A stretch of 64,000 bases of DNA from a virus. Lineage: Duplodnaviria; Caudoviricetes. The position numbers and the translations under genes are program-made. The stretch is from positions 8,968 through 72,967 of IMG/VR virus record IMGVR_UViG_3300037455_000250; one strand, written 5' to 3'. Within the stretch, counting starts at the first letter, position 1, and every line of letters starts with the position of its first letter. Below the pieces are notes generated by a model. That model was given only the letters and a program-made list of their open reading frames with translations, was not told the DNA's origin and ran no database searches. This document shows positions 26,333 to 35,535 of this stretch, in pieces.

Positions 26333-26619
26333 CAGACCAAGAGGCAATATCTCAATTAAAAGATTTGTATAATGGACCAGCACGATTAACACAGAAACAA
26401 TATATGGCATTAGACAAAGCAATCGAGGCTCTCAAACTGGCTATTTGTGTTGACGCAGTTTCGGATAGTATTGGCACACAGGATTTTTCTAATTCTAAAA
26501 ACTATACCAGATGTTTACGGTGTAATCGCACACTTAAAGACCCCATATCACAAGAAAGGGGTTATGGTGAGATTTGTTGGAAGAAACATATGTTAGATAC
26601 GCAACAGACCTTATTCTAA
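26329..26619 (+). CDS. DUF6011-like Zn-finger protein
   Basis: CLRCNRTLKDPISQERGYGEICW; C-terminal QQTLF. Confidence 0.7.
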   Translation: MTDQEAISQLKDLYNGPARLTQKQYMALDKAIEALKLAICVDAVSDSIGTQDFSNSKNYTRCLRCNRTLKDPISQERGYGEICWKKHMLDTQQTLF

Positions 26620-26690
26620 AATTCACAATTTGTTTACAGATTAAATCTATTCTAAAGCGTATAATTAAAGTATAGAAACTTGATAATTAA

Positions 26691-27007
26691 ATAAGTGAGT
26701 AAGCACCCTCTGTGACGCAATTCTTTCTTTCTCCGAGTAAGCAACCTCAATCGTATCGAATATTCTTAGTTCATTTGGTTTTTCTCAGCGTTGACAGTTA
26801 AGGTTTAAGACGATATGGCATACGCAACGCACTCCAGATAACCTTATAATCGTATGAGTTCATCAAATATCTTAAACAAAAGGTGCTTTTCTATATTGAG
26901 GTATGGTGTAATCGGTAGCACACGGGCCTTTGACGCCCTTAGTGAAGGTTCAAGTCCTTATACCTCAGCCAACCATACTCTCATTGTCAAGTATGGTCCT
27001 CACTTAT
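26691..27007 (+). ncRNA. candidate structured RNA enclosing tRNA-Gln
   Basis: closing stem ATAAGTGAG/CTCACTTAT; inner stem AAGCACC/GGTGCTT; hairpin ACCATAC/GTATGGT; no ORF. Confidence 0.5.
26897..26971 (+). tRNA. trnQ: tRNA-Gln(UUG)
   Basis: acceptor TGAGGTA/TACCTCA, D stem, anticodon loop CTTTGAC, TTCAAGT T-loop, encoded CCA; one mismatch each in the anticodon and T stems. Confidence 0.9.
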
Positions 27008-27081
27008 GCAGTATGTGAAATTCATAGCCTCGTTTGTGTGTTTAGGGGTCGTTAAAGCCGATTTTAGAAAGGAAAAATCAT

Positions 27082-27897
27082 ATGGCAAGAAATTTGAAAA
27101 ACATTACCAGATTAATTGAACGAGCAAACAGTGTGGTTCCCATAGAGCAACAGTTTCTTGATGATTTGAAAAGGTCAATAGAGATTTCTGATAAGAAAAA
27201 TTCCCGTAAACCAAGTGCAACATATAGTCCGTCTGGGATGGGGTGTATTCGTGCTATGTATTATAAGCGAGCAGGAATAGATGTTGAGGGTGATAGTAAT
27301 TACACAATGATTGGTATTTGTAATTCTGGGAGCGACCATCACAATCGTATTCAGACTGCAATTTCCCAGATGAAAGACAATGGGTTCGATTGTGAATATA
27401 TTGATGTAGCCGATTATGTTAAATCTCGTGGCTTAGATATTTATTTGGACATTGTAGATAAATGCGGAAATGAAACAAAACTCTTTGATAGAAACCGCAG
27501 TATCAGTTTTCTTTGTGACGGAATTATTCGTTATCAAGGTAAGTATTACATTGTTGAGTTTAAGACAGAAAGTTCATTTAAGTGGAGAGATAGAAAGGGA
27601 GTAGACCCTAAACATTACAATCAAGCAGTTACATATAGTTTGGAATTACAGTTAGATAATGTTATTTTCGTGTATATCAATAGGGATATATGTGATTATA
27701 AATCATACTTATTTGAAGTCACAGAGTACGACAGAGAGCGTATAGTCGATTTAATAGACACTTGTGAGAACTATGTAATCAACAAAGAGTTGCCGCCTAA
27801 GCCTAAGGACGCAACTGACAGGAAATGTGCGTATTGTGCATACCAAGAATTATGTAAGGTGAATAGTAATGGCTACAAACAAGGGGAAGAAGTTTGA
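27082..27897 (+). CDS. Cas4-like PD-(D/E)xK exonuclease
   Basis: YSPSGMGCIR..YY, GSDHH, CDGII...VEFKT, QAVTY, C-terminal CAYCAYQELC. Confidence 0.85.
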   Translation: MARNLKNITRLIERANSVVPIEQQFLDDLKRSIEISDKKNSRKPSATYSPSGMGCIRAMYYKRAGIDVEGDSNYTMIGICNSGSDHHNRIQTAISQMKDNGFDCEYIDVADYVKSRGLDIYLDIVDKCGNETKLFDRNRSISFLCDGIIRYQGKYYIVEFKTESSFKWRDRKGVDPKHYNQAVTYSLELQLDNVIFVYINRDICDYKSYLFEVTEYDRERIVDLIDTCENYVINKELPPKPKDATDRKCAYCAYQELCKVNSNGYKQGEEV

Positions 27898-28342
27898 GGA
27901 TGTAATCAAAGAGGCATTTCTAAAGGTTGAAGATATTTCAATAGACAGATTGCGTGACGCTCCAAAGAAATTAAAGGGAGTAGATAATCCATCAGATTTT
28001 ATCGTGTATAAAAAACCTCACGAATTGTATGTTGAGTGCAAATCACATAAGGGAGGAACTCTCCCTTTTTCTTGTATTCGACAAGAACAATGGAATGGAA
28101 TGTTAATGAAGTCCAAAATAGACGGTGTAAGAGCAGGCTTTATTATTTGGTTTATCGACCACGATAAGACATTTTGGGTAAGCATTGAGAACGCCACTTA
28201 TTTTTATCGTAATGGGTATAGGTCAATCAGACTTAAAGACCTGAATAATTATAACAGTATTGAGATACACGGAACGAAAAAGCGTGTGTATTTTGATTAT
28301 GATATGGATGAGTTTTTGGAGGAATTGTATGGTGCCACTTAG
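27869..28342 (+). CDS. recU: RecU-like Holliday junction resolvase
   Basis: NKGKKFE...PSDFI...ECKS...LPFSCIRQEQW. Confidence 0.75.
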   Translation: MATNKGKKFEDVIKEAFLKVEDISIDRLRDAPKKLKGVDNPSDFIVYKKPHELYVECKSHKGGTLPFSCIRQEQWNGMLMKSKIDGVRAGFIIWFIDHDKTFWVSIENATYFYRNGYRSIRLKDLNNYNSIEIHGTKKRVYFDYDMDEFLEELYGAT

Positions 28343-28580
28343 ATTTATGGTAATTGATAAAAAGACAGGAAAAGAGGCAGACACTTACGAGATTGCTTTA
28401 CACGAAGAATGGGCAAATCGTCTTTGTTTTTGTGATATGGAAGGTTGGTATATCGGAGAAGATGGATATTTAATGCTCGCAGACGAATGTGGTCAATATG
28501 CTTATCCACCTGACCCAGATAGATTTGAGGTAGTGTTTTTAACAGAGGAGGAACAGAATGGCGATAATACTGACGATTAG
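28329..28580 (+). CDS. hypothetical protein
   Basis: RFMVIDKKTGKE...DECGQYAY; start moved to 28329. Confidence 0.65.
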   Translation: MVPLRFMVIDKKTGKEADTYEIALHEEWANRLCFCDMEGWYIGEDGYLMLADECGQYAYPPDPDRFEVVFLTEEEQNGDNTDD

Positions 28581-28659
28581 TATTTGTCTGAATGTATTTC
28601 AGTTTATTTGGTTTTGGTTATTGATGTATACCTGGAAAAAGGAGAAAGACAATGAGTAA
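28558..28659 (+). CDS. small membrane peptide (33 aa)
   Basis: MAIILTISICLNVFQFIWFWLLMYTWKKEKDNE; GAGGAGG RBS. Confidence 0.55.
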   Translation: MAIILTISICLNVFQFIWFWLLMYTWKKEKDNE

Positions 28660-29173
28660 ATTTGACAATATTGATTTGGAAAAGATTAGTGCCATTCAAC
28701 TTCGTGTTGAAGATAGTTCAAAACAGATGGATGAAATCGTAAATGGCATTATTGAGGAATATGTTAGAGAACTTGATAACTATGTCGGACACATAGACGA
28801 TAGGCTCTGTGATAGAGATAATCCTCCCACTGACAGTGAGTTAGATAATTTCTGTATGAATTTAGGAACACTGATTTATTTTGCTGGTAGTATGTGTGAA
28901 AAGTTAGGTATTCGTGATGATATTGCAAAAGCAGTATATAAAGAAACTTATAACACATACAGAGATAATCAAGCAAAAGGAACAGTTCAAGATAAAAACA
29001 CAATGGCAGAGTTAAGTTCCCAACAGGAGCAACTCGTAAGTGTTTGTTATACGAGAGCATACAAGATTGTTAAAAGCAAAGTAGATAACGCACAAGAACT
29101 GTTAACAGGAGTTAAGAAGGTTATCAGTCGCAGGATGCAGGAACAACAACTCACACAAGTAGGAGGTAGATAA
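28652..29173 (+). CDS. coiled-coil protein, possible recombination mediator
   Basis: all-helical; near recA; function is inference only. Confidence 0.5.
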   Translation: MSKFDNIDLEKISAIQLRVEDSSKQMDEIVNGIIEEYVRELDNYVGHIDDRLCDRDNPPTDSELDNFCMNLGTLIYFAGSMCEKLGIRDDIAKAVYKETYNTYRDNQAKGTVQDKNTMAELSSQQEQLVSVCYTRAYKIVKSKVDNAQELLTGVKKVISRRMQEQQLTQVGGR

Positions 29174-29562
29174 TGCTTAAAGTAGTAGGAATGGGTAGTG
29201 TATGTTGTGCATTTTCTGAAATGTCTACAACAGAACTTTTCCAAATGAACGCTCCATTTAATTTTTATGTTGAGGCTCCCTTATATTGGTGGCTCGATTT
29301 TGATTACACAAAATTTGGTTTTGAATTAGGCGATTTCACTGAGGTTGATAAACTGAATATGTCTGTATCTACAATGGTCAAAGGTTGTGCGATATTGACC
29401 TATCAAGAAATTGTTACGATATGCCAAGAATACTGTAATGGCGTATATAAATATACTCACAAATCTTATGAATGGAATAATGAGCGTGAGTGGAACGATT
29501 TTTGTGAAACACTGTTAGATGTTAAAGGTGTAAGAGATTTAGTTGACGAGGAGGTATTTTAA
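29173..29562 (+). CDS. hypothetical protein
   Basis: AGGAGG RBS, coupled. Confidence 0.7.
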   Translation: MLKVVGMGSVCCAFSEMSTTELFQMNAPFNFYVEAPLYWWLDFDYTKFGFELGDFTEVDKLNMSVSTMVKGCAILTYQEIVTICQEYCNGVYKYTHKSYEWNNEREWNDFCETLLDVKGVRDLVDEEVF

Positions 29563-29563
29563 T

Positions 29564-30592
29564 ATGTCGAGCAGTATGGACGCGTTACTTGCTAAAGTAA
29601 ACAAAGAAGTCAAAGAGGAGATTATCTTTAAGGGACTTGCGAGTTATAACTACAATAAAATTCCCTTTTTATCTCCCAGATTTAATTATTGCACATACGG
29701 CGGGATTCCCGCTGGTAAAGTAATCGAACTCTTTGGTCCTGAACACGGGGGTAAAACAACAACGGCTCTTGGCGAACTTGCGGAGTTTCAGAGACTGGAA
29801 AGAAAACACGCAGAAGAGGACAACACTTATGTTGAAAGGGACGCCTTTTATGTTGATGTAGAAAATACACTTGATAGCGATTGGGCACAAAATTTAGGTG
29901 TTGACACGGATAAAATGTATCTCTTACAACCAAAATCTCAGAGTGCGGAAGTTATTTTTAATCTCATTACAGACGCTATTGAAACAGGTGATATTGGCTT
30001 TGTCGTGTTAGACAGTATTGCGGCTATGGTATCACAAGATGAATTAGAAAAGGACTATGATGAAAAATCTTTTGGTGGTATCAGTGGGCCTCTTTCGAGA
30101 TTTTCCCGTAAAATTGAAATGCTCTGTGCAAAATATAATTGTACCTTAATAGGTATTAACCAAGTTCGTGATGATGTTAACAGTTCTTGGGGTGGATATA
30201 AGACACCCGGTGGCCGTGCTTGGAAACACATTTGTATTATGCGTGTGGAGTTTAGAAAAGGAAAATTCATTGATGAAAACGGAGTAGAACTTTCTAATAA
30301 CACAGAAACACCCGCAGGCACTTTAATTACATTTACCGTAATCAAGAATAAGACTTGCCCTCCTGACAGACGAGTTGGTTTTTATACACTTCGTTGGAAC
30401 GGCGTTGATAAGATAGCAGACCTTATTGAGGTTGCAATTAAGTGTGGTATCATTGAAAAATCTGGTTCTTGGTTTATTATTCCAGAAGTATCAGAAAAGA
30501 TACAAGGACAAAATAATGTTCGTAAATATCTCGAGGAACATCAAGATGTATTAGCGAATTTGGAAGAGTTAGTTGCTGAAACAATATCTTGA
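29564..30592 (+). CDS. recA: RecA-family recombinase
   Basis: GGIPAGKVIELFGPEHGGKTT, YVDVE, VLDSIAA, INQVR, TPGGRAWK, VIKNK, EKSGSWF. Confidence 0.95.
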   Translation: MSSSMDALLAKVNKEVKEEIIFKGLASYNYNKIPFLSPRFNYCTYGGIPAGKVIELFGPEHGGKTTTALGELAEFQRLERKHAEEDNTYVERDAFYVDVENTLDSDWAQNLGVDTDKMYLLQPKSQSAEVIFNLITDAIETGDIGFVVLDSIAAMVSQDELEKDYDEKSFGGISGPLSRFSRKIEMLCAKYNCTLIGINQVRDDVNSSWGGYKTPGGRAWKHICIMRVEFRKGKFIDENGVELSNNTETPAGTLITFTVIKNKTCPPDRRVGFYTLRWNGVDKIADLIEVAIKCGIIEKSGSWFIIPEVSEKIQGQNNVRKYLEEHQDVLANLEELVAETIS

Positions 30593-30752
30593 TAAAACGC
30601 AAATAATTCCTATCGCGTATAACGCTCTGTATAGTGTCTATTTTGCGTCGGCATATACAATGAATATCTGTATATGTTTTCGATATGCCAAGATAAATTA
30701 GACATAATTCCGTAAGTTGTTAAAATTCATCATTTTGTATCACCCAAATAAT

Positions 30753-30793
30753 AAATTACCCCCGATAGATTTAGTATCTACCGAGGGTAATTT
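30753..30793. terminator. hairpin at the convergence of + and - operons
   Basis: AAATTACCC...GGGTAATTT with inner TAGAT/ATCTA stem. Confidence 0.7.
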
Positions 30794-30798
30794 GCGTT

Positions 30799-30873
30799 TC
30801 ATGGGTTTTGTTGTTGATGGTTTTCTTTGTCTGCCATAAGCATTAACCAATATTCGAGTTCCTCTTCCGACAT
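30799..30873 (-). CDS. 24-aa peptide in its own transcription unit
   Basis: MSEEELEYWLMLMADKENHQQQNP; GAGGTG RBS; promoter TTGTAT-17-TACAAT at 30929-30901. Confidence 0.55.
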   Translation of the reverse strand: MSEEELEYWLMLMADKENHQQQNP

Positions 30874-30929
30874 ACAATCACCTCAACTAATGATGATATT
30901 ATTGTATGCAAAAATTTCCATAAATACAA

Positions 30930-30960
30930 GTGCGGGCTATCCTACGCTAATAGCCCGCAC
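30930..30960 (-). terminator. terminator of the early (-) operon
   Basis: 11-bp stem GTGCGGGCTAT/ATAGCCCGCAC. Confidence 0.75.
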
Positions 30961-30992
30961 TCAATAAGGAAAGTGAGAAATATAGAAAAATG

Positions 30993-31238
30993 TTATCTTG
31001 TTGGATAACTATGAATTGCTCCTGTATTATCTGTCCAACAATTTACAGGTGCGTCATAGTCAGCGTTTTCGTGGTCCCAATATTTGTTATTTACCATTAT
31101 TGTTTCACTATTGCCAATACTCATAAACAGATATGCAGTACCCTCCATAAACGCTTTAGGATTGTATTTCTTGTATAATGCTTTAATGTCCTCTAATCTT
31201 GCAATAAGTTCTGCCTCAAAATCTCCTCTACTCATCAT
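30993..31238 (-). CDS. hypothetical early protein
   Basis: GAGGAGG RBS, coupled. Confidence 0.65.
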   Translation of the reverse strand: MMSRGDFEAELIARLEDIKALYKKYNPKAFMEGTAYLFMSIGNSETIMVNNKYWDHENADYDAPVNCWTDNTGAIHSYPTR

Positions 31239-31240
31239 AC

Positions 31241-31450
31241 TTATTCTTCCTCCTCATTCAAACTCTCAAATATTCTTACCGCTACATTTGCGGAATACAT
31301 AACAAGTAATTCACTTACTAAGTCCAATAAATCTTTGTCGCCTGTAAGTTTTGCCGCAAGTTCCGCTTTTGCTATTTCTTCGTGCATTATCTCCGCTAAT
31401 CTGTCACGGGTAATAGAAACTTCTCCGCTTAACCACTTTTCGTCTACCAT
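31241..31450 (-). CDS. hypothetical early protein
   Basis: AAGGAGG RBS. Confidence 0.65.
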   Translation of the reverse strand: MVDEKWLSGEVSITRDRLAEIMHEEIAKAELAAKLTGDKDLLDLVSELLVMYSANVAVRIFESLNEEEE

Positions 31451-31476
31451 ATTAATATTCCTCCTTCAATCGTATA

Positions 31477-31746
31477 TTAGTTTTCTTCTTTCCAATAAGA
31501 GCCTTCATCAATGAACTTCTTTGTCCCGTAAAGCAACTCTGGCGCATTTTTATTCATTGACGAATAATCCCGTAATAAAAATCTTTCTGCACCACTCACC
31601 GTCTTAAACTGTCTAATCGTATAGGTCATGATACTGTTTCCTCTTCGCATAAATCGTGCTACACAGTAACGACCAAGATGATACATAATACCAATCTGAC
31701 CATACTCGCCAAACTTAATCATATAGGCATATTTTCGTTCTTCCAT
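31477..31746 (-). CDS. hypothetical early protein
   Basis: GAGGT RBS. Confidence 0.65.
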   Translation of the reverse strand: MEERKYAYMIKFGEYGQIGIMYHLGRYCVARFMRRGNSIMTYTIRQFKTVSGAERFLLRDYSSMNKNAPELLYGTKKFIDEGSYWKEEN

Positions 31747-31748
31747 AA

Positions 31749-32066
31749 TTACTTACCTCTCATATCTGCGGTTGTGAGTGTTCTTGCTCCTTGATAGCCA
31801 CAATTCCACATTGTTGCACTTTTACCTTCATATTCAGTTACGGCATATCCATACTGCGATAACAAGAATTTTAATTCGGTCTGAATTTTTGAGGTTGTAC
31901 GGCTATACTTCTTAACATTGACCTTTGCCGTTTTATTTTCTCGGTCAATCTGACAAATTTCTGTGGAGTAGTTGAATAGGGTATCATTTGCACAACCTAA
32001 GTGCCCATATGCTCCAAACTTCTTCTTTCCTGTGATGTACTGTCTGATAAAATCGGTGTTATTCAT
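31749..32066 (-). CDS. hypothetical early protein
   Basis: GAGGG RBS; TLFNYSTEIC...YSRTTSKIQ. Confidence 0.7.
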   Translation of the reverse strand: MNNTDFIRQYITGKKKFGAYGHLGCANDTLFNYSTEICQIDRENKTAKVNVKKYSRTTSKIQTELKFLLSQYGYAVTEYEGKSATMWNCGYQGARTLTTADMRGK

Positions 32067-32079
32067 TGTTATTCCCTCC

Positions 32080-32724
32080 TTAACCTTCAAGTGCGTTTCT
32101 TTTCATAGCGTTATATCCAGCAGTTTTGCCTGTTCTAAATGCCTCTCCGTTATATGCTCGCGGTGTGCTTGTTCTTACTCGTCGGAATCCCTTTGTGTGG
32201 TCAGCATATAATTCTTTAACATCTTCTGGAACGACCACCATCAATGCTTTGCTCTGTTCAGCAAGGGCTTCTTTAATACCTTCAACAAAACCAATTACAC
32301 AGGAATTGTAAACATTATCGGCATATCCGTACTTCGCTTTAGCCTCTCTATACAGTTTATTTCCTAAACTGTTACCCATATCGAATAAGTAATTAAATGT
32401 TTCTGCGGCAATCATCACGTCGGTCTTGTGTCCAAAGAATACGATTGTACCCTTACCGTGTAAAAAGTGCTTACATCTGAAATTATCCGCTACGGTGCGA
32501 GCAAGTGAATACTTCCACTTCTTTGCGGGAACATCAATCTCTACTTCGCCGATAGGCTCTTCTTTTGTGATATCCACATTCTCGACCTCTGCCAAGGCAA
32601 TATTATACTGTTGCATTAATTCCTGTGCTTTGCAGGCAGCAGAGATTGCCTCTTCTTTGGACGGGTTGTTCTTGGATAACTCAAACAATTTCTTAATCTT
32701 TTCCAAAACCTTTTCATTTTCCAT
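32080..32724 (-). CDS. DUF2786-domain protein
   Basis: KVLEKIKKLFELSKNNPSKEEAISAACKAQELMQQYNI. Confidence 0.85.
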   Translation of the reverse strand: MENEKVLEKIKKLFELSKNNPSKEEAISAACKAQELMQQYNIALAEVENVDITKEEPIGEVEIDVPAKKWKYSLARTVADNFRCKHFLHGKGTIVFFGHKTDVMIAAETFNYLFDMGNSLGNKLYREAKAKYGYADNVYNSCVIGFVEGIKEALAEQSKALMVVVPEDVKELYADHTKGFRRVRTSTPRAYNGEAFRTGKTAGYNAMKRNALEG

Positions 32725-32772
32725 TTTAGTTTCCTCACTTTCTGTAAACATTATCTATCGTTTACACTTACT

Positions 32773-32828
32773 ATTATAATGGGAGAATATTAATATTTCT
32801 TACATATCCTGTGAATAAATTGTAAACA
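32773..32828 (-). promoter_or_regulatory. repeated early promoter module, copy 1
   Basis: TTTACA/TTCACA boxes 11 bp apart upstream of TATAAT; shares 20 bp exactly with 34152-34171. Confidence 0.7.
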
Positions 32829-32841
32829 TTATCATAAACGA

Positions 32842-33225
32842 TTATGTGAGCCGTGGCAGATAGTTTTCCACAAAGTCTTTATAAACTGGTTCGCTTGTAT
32901 ATCCTGCCATCCAATAATGTATTTCTCTTATCCACTGATAGATAAATTCGTCTTCATCACCTTTGTATTGATGTGTCCAGTTTTTCTTTGTAAATTCTTT
33001 GAAAATGGGCATATTGTGTTCTATCATTTCAGACCAATCACAGATGAGACCATCACGAACCTTCTTCTTAACGTCTACCAACTTTACTATACCACGGCAG
33101 AACTTTTCGTAGAAGTCCCTTTCTGTTCCAATCCAATCAACTGTAACGATGGCGTCAAAAGTATTATCGTAGGTATCAAAAGTACCTTCTGTAAGTTCCA
33201 ATAATTCGTATAATGTAATATTCAT
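32842..33225 (-). CDS. hypothetical early protein
   Basis: AGGAG RBS, MNITLYELL. Confidence 0.7.
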   Translation of the reverse strand: MNITLYELLELTEGTFDTYDNTFDAIVTVDWIGTERDFYEKFCRGIVKLVDVKKKVRDGLICDWSEMIEHNMPIFKEFTKKNWTHQYKGDEDEFIYQWIREIHYWMAGYTSEPVYKDFVENYLPRLT

Positions 33226-33378
33226 AATTGGTCTCCTAACCATTCTTTAAATAATTTTAATGCGTCTTTTTCGGAATAGCCTATATACTGTCGTTTAAAA
33301 AACATACCTTTGGCAACGGCACGTATTTCATATACATTCTTTGCCATTTTTGATATTGATAGCCGTACGTTTATCTGT

Positions 33379-34092
33379 TCACCCATATATAGTACACTCC
33401 TTCAGGTCTGTTAAAATCGACTGTTCTATTACCTCATCCGGAATTTTAGGTACATATACGCGTTTTACATCTTCTCCCGGCCATCTGATGAGTGCCTCTC
33501 CATACATTGGTAATTCTTCACAACCACTAACTTCAATGATATTTCGTGAGTGTTGTGCGGTAGCGGTATGTAATCCAATTAGCACAGGAAAATTCACCTT
33601 AATTCGTGTTGGAATTACACTGGCTAATGGACACTGTGTTGCTACTATTACTTGAACTTTTGTGGCTCTTCCCAACTGGCATATTCTTTGTAATAAATTA
33701 GCGGCTTTTTTGCTCGTAAGCATAAGGTCTGCCATTTCATCTACCACTAAATGTACGGTAGACTTGTCGTATAACTGAATGCCTCGTGATTTCATATCAT
33801 CTAATCTTGCCATCACCATTCTTAATACACCTTCAAGTGTATTTTCGGCATCCTCAATACTTGTGGCACATCTGATACAGTGTTTGGTGTTTTCAAATCG
33901 AGATAATTCAACCATTTTCACATCAATAAGTACGGACTTATGTTCGTTCACGTCCTTAAGCGACAATACTTCCAATAATGATGTAATCAGTGTTGACTTT
34001 CCTGAGCCAGGACATCCCGCAATTAATGTGTGCTTGCCACTATTTAATATATCTTCATATAGTGGCGCGGTTAATCCAACAAATTCTTCCAT
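33379..34092 (-). CDS. stand-alone FtsK/SpoIIIE-family ATPase
   Basis: HTLIAGCPGSGKS, LIDVKMVEL, VVDEMADLM, GRATKVQVIVATQCP, LPMYGEAL. Confidence 0.9.
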   Translation of the reverse strand: MEEFVGLTAPLYEDILNSGKHTLIAGCPGSGKSTLITSLLEVLSLKDVNEHKSVLIDVKMVELSRFENTKHCIRCATSIEDAENTLEGVLRMVMARLDDMKSRGIQLYDKSTVHLVVDEMADLMLTSKKAANLLQRICQLGRATKVQVIVATQCPLASVIPTRIKVNFPVLIGLHTATAQHSRNIIEVSGCEELPMYGEALIRWPGEDVKRVYVPKIPDEVIEQSILTDLKECTIYG

Positions 34093-34136
34093 ATATAGTC
34101 CTCACTTTCTGATTGCTTGTGTGCAATACTGTATAT

Positions 34137-34193
34137 AGTATAGATTGGCGTATATTAATATTTCTTACATACCGTGTGAATATTCTGTAAACA
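34137..34193 (-). promoter_or_regulatory. repeated early promoter module, copy 2
   Basis: same boxes and spacing as copy 1; -10 TATACT. Confidence 0.7.
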
Positions 34194-34746
34194 GTTCTTC
34201 CCAAACTTCATCATTTCTTGCCACACTATCAATAAACTGTAAGAGGTCAGTAATATCCGCCTCGCAATTCGTGTACTTGGCAAGTAAGACTGCCCCTGCC
34301 TCTCTCAAAGGATTAAGATGTGCTAATTTTTCCCTTGCTCGATTGTATTCGTCCACATAACACTTCAGGTCGAACGGGATACAATTTCTATATGCGCCTT
34401 CAAGTATTGTTTCCGCAATTTCGTCTGTATCAAGGTCATACCAAATATCGTTGGTAAAATCAATGTCGCTATATCCATCACAAGTGAAGAAGTCCGCATA
34501 CTCATCATATTCCAGATTAATAAGGTCCCAAGGGTCCCAGTTTGCTAACTGGTCGTTGATGTTTTCCGCATTGTTCTCATATAAACGGTCATACCTGTTG
34601 TTATCTCTGATTTCGTTTCCCAATTCGAGTGCGTCCTCATTACTCATATAATCCAACGCATCCACAACAAACTCTTTTGCCTCTTCCCATAACTCCTCGA
34701 GTGTCTTAAATCTGCCATTTTCCTTCTTAATTTCGATGTTTTCCAT
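34165..34746 (-). CDS. acidic hypothetical early protein
   Basis: 193 aa, D/E-rich; AAGGAG RBS. Confidence 0.75.
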   Translation of the reverse strand: MENIEIKKENGRFKTLEELWEEAKEFVVDALDYMSNEDALELGNEIRDNNRYDRLYENNAENINDQLANWDPWDLINLEYDEYADFFTCDGYSDIDFTNDIWYDLDTDEIAETILEGAYRNCIPFDLKCYVDEYNRAREKLAHLNPLREAGAVLLAKYTNCEADITDLLQFIDSVARNDEVWEELFTEYSHGM

Positions 34747-34762
34747 AGTGCTGTCTCCTTCC

Positions 34763-35041
34763 TTATGCTACTTCCTGTAAGTTTAATAATGGTTCCATTT
34801 CTGCGGCGTCATATATTTCATATCCGCCTTCTTTCCATTCAATGTATGCCTCAATATCTCCGTCGTAATAACTTGCCAGATATCCGCTCTCGACAAGTGT
34901 AGATATAATATTTTTGCACACTATCGACCAATCATCTGGGCTCGTATCAATCGAAACTCTTCCAATAACTCTCCAATCATTTACTGTCCAACCCTCACAG
35001 TCAGACCATACATCTAACCATACAACCTCGTACTCTCGCAT
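34763..35041 (-). CDS. hypothetical early protein
   Basis: LDVWSDCEGWTVND motif; AAGGAG RBS. Confidence 0.7.
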   Translation of the reverse strand: MREYEVVWLDVWSDCEGWTVNDWRVIGRVSIDTSPDDWSIVCKNIISTLVESGYLASYYDGDIEAYIEWKEGGYEIYDAAEMEPLLNLQEVA

Positions 35042-35042
35042 A

Positions 35043-35522
35043 TTATTTCTCCTTCCATAAAAGTTTATAGACTTCTTCCATAATTGCTGGGATTACTTCC
35101 TTATTTATGCGTTTGTATTCGTCCTCATTCTTAATGGTGTCTTTCGCAGGGTTAGTAGTATAGTGTGCTCCACCTATGGATAACATATCGGAATATGCCC
35201 TTGCGATATAGAAACTCCTCATCAACTCTACTAATTGCCATGTTTCCTTATCTGTTAAAACGGTTTCGGTAAAGAACTCCGTGAAAGCGTCATATCCATT
35301 TTTATCGGGGTTCTTAAAGAACAGTCCGTCAAAGTGCTGGTGGCTTGCAATATCTCTTGACAGATGAGGTATTCGGTTGTTCGTGTACGTTTCAACATAG
35401 CCAAAGCCCCAATACCAGCCACAATCCCAACTTCCACTTTCGAGAAAATACTTAATACCGTCTTTGTCTGTTCCAAGTAAGAAACAATCCTTACCAAATT
35501 TGTGCATAACATATTTCTTCAT
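35043..35522 (-). CDS. hypothetical early protein
   Basis: SWDCGWYWGFG motif; AAGGAGG RBS. Confidence 0.75.
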   Translation of the reverse strand: MKKYVMHKFGKDCFLLGTDKDGIKYFLESGSWDCGWYWGFGYVETYTNNRIPHLSRDIASHQHFDGLFFKNPDKNGYDAFTEFFTETVLTDKETWQLVELMRSFYIARAYSDMLSIGGAHYTTNPAKDTIKNEDEYKRINKEVIPAIMEEVYKLLWKEK

Positions 35523-35535
35523 GGGTTATTCCTCC

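Noticed and set aside
27082-27897. Cas4 as part of a CRISPR system
   Set aside because: No array or other cas genes; it sits with recU/recA, as solo phage nucleases do
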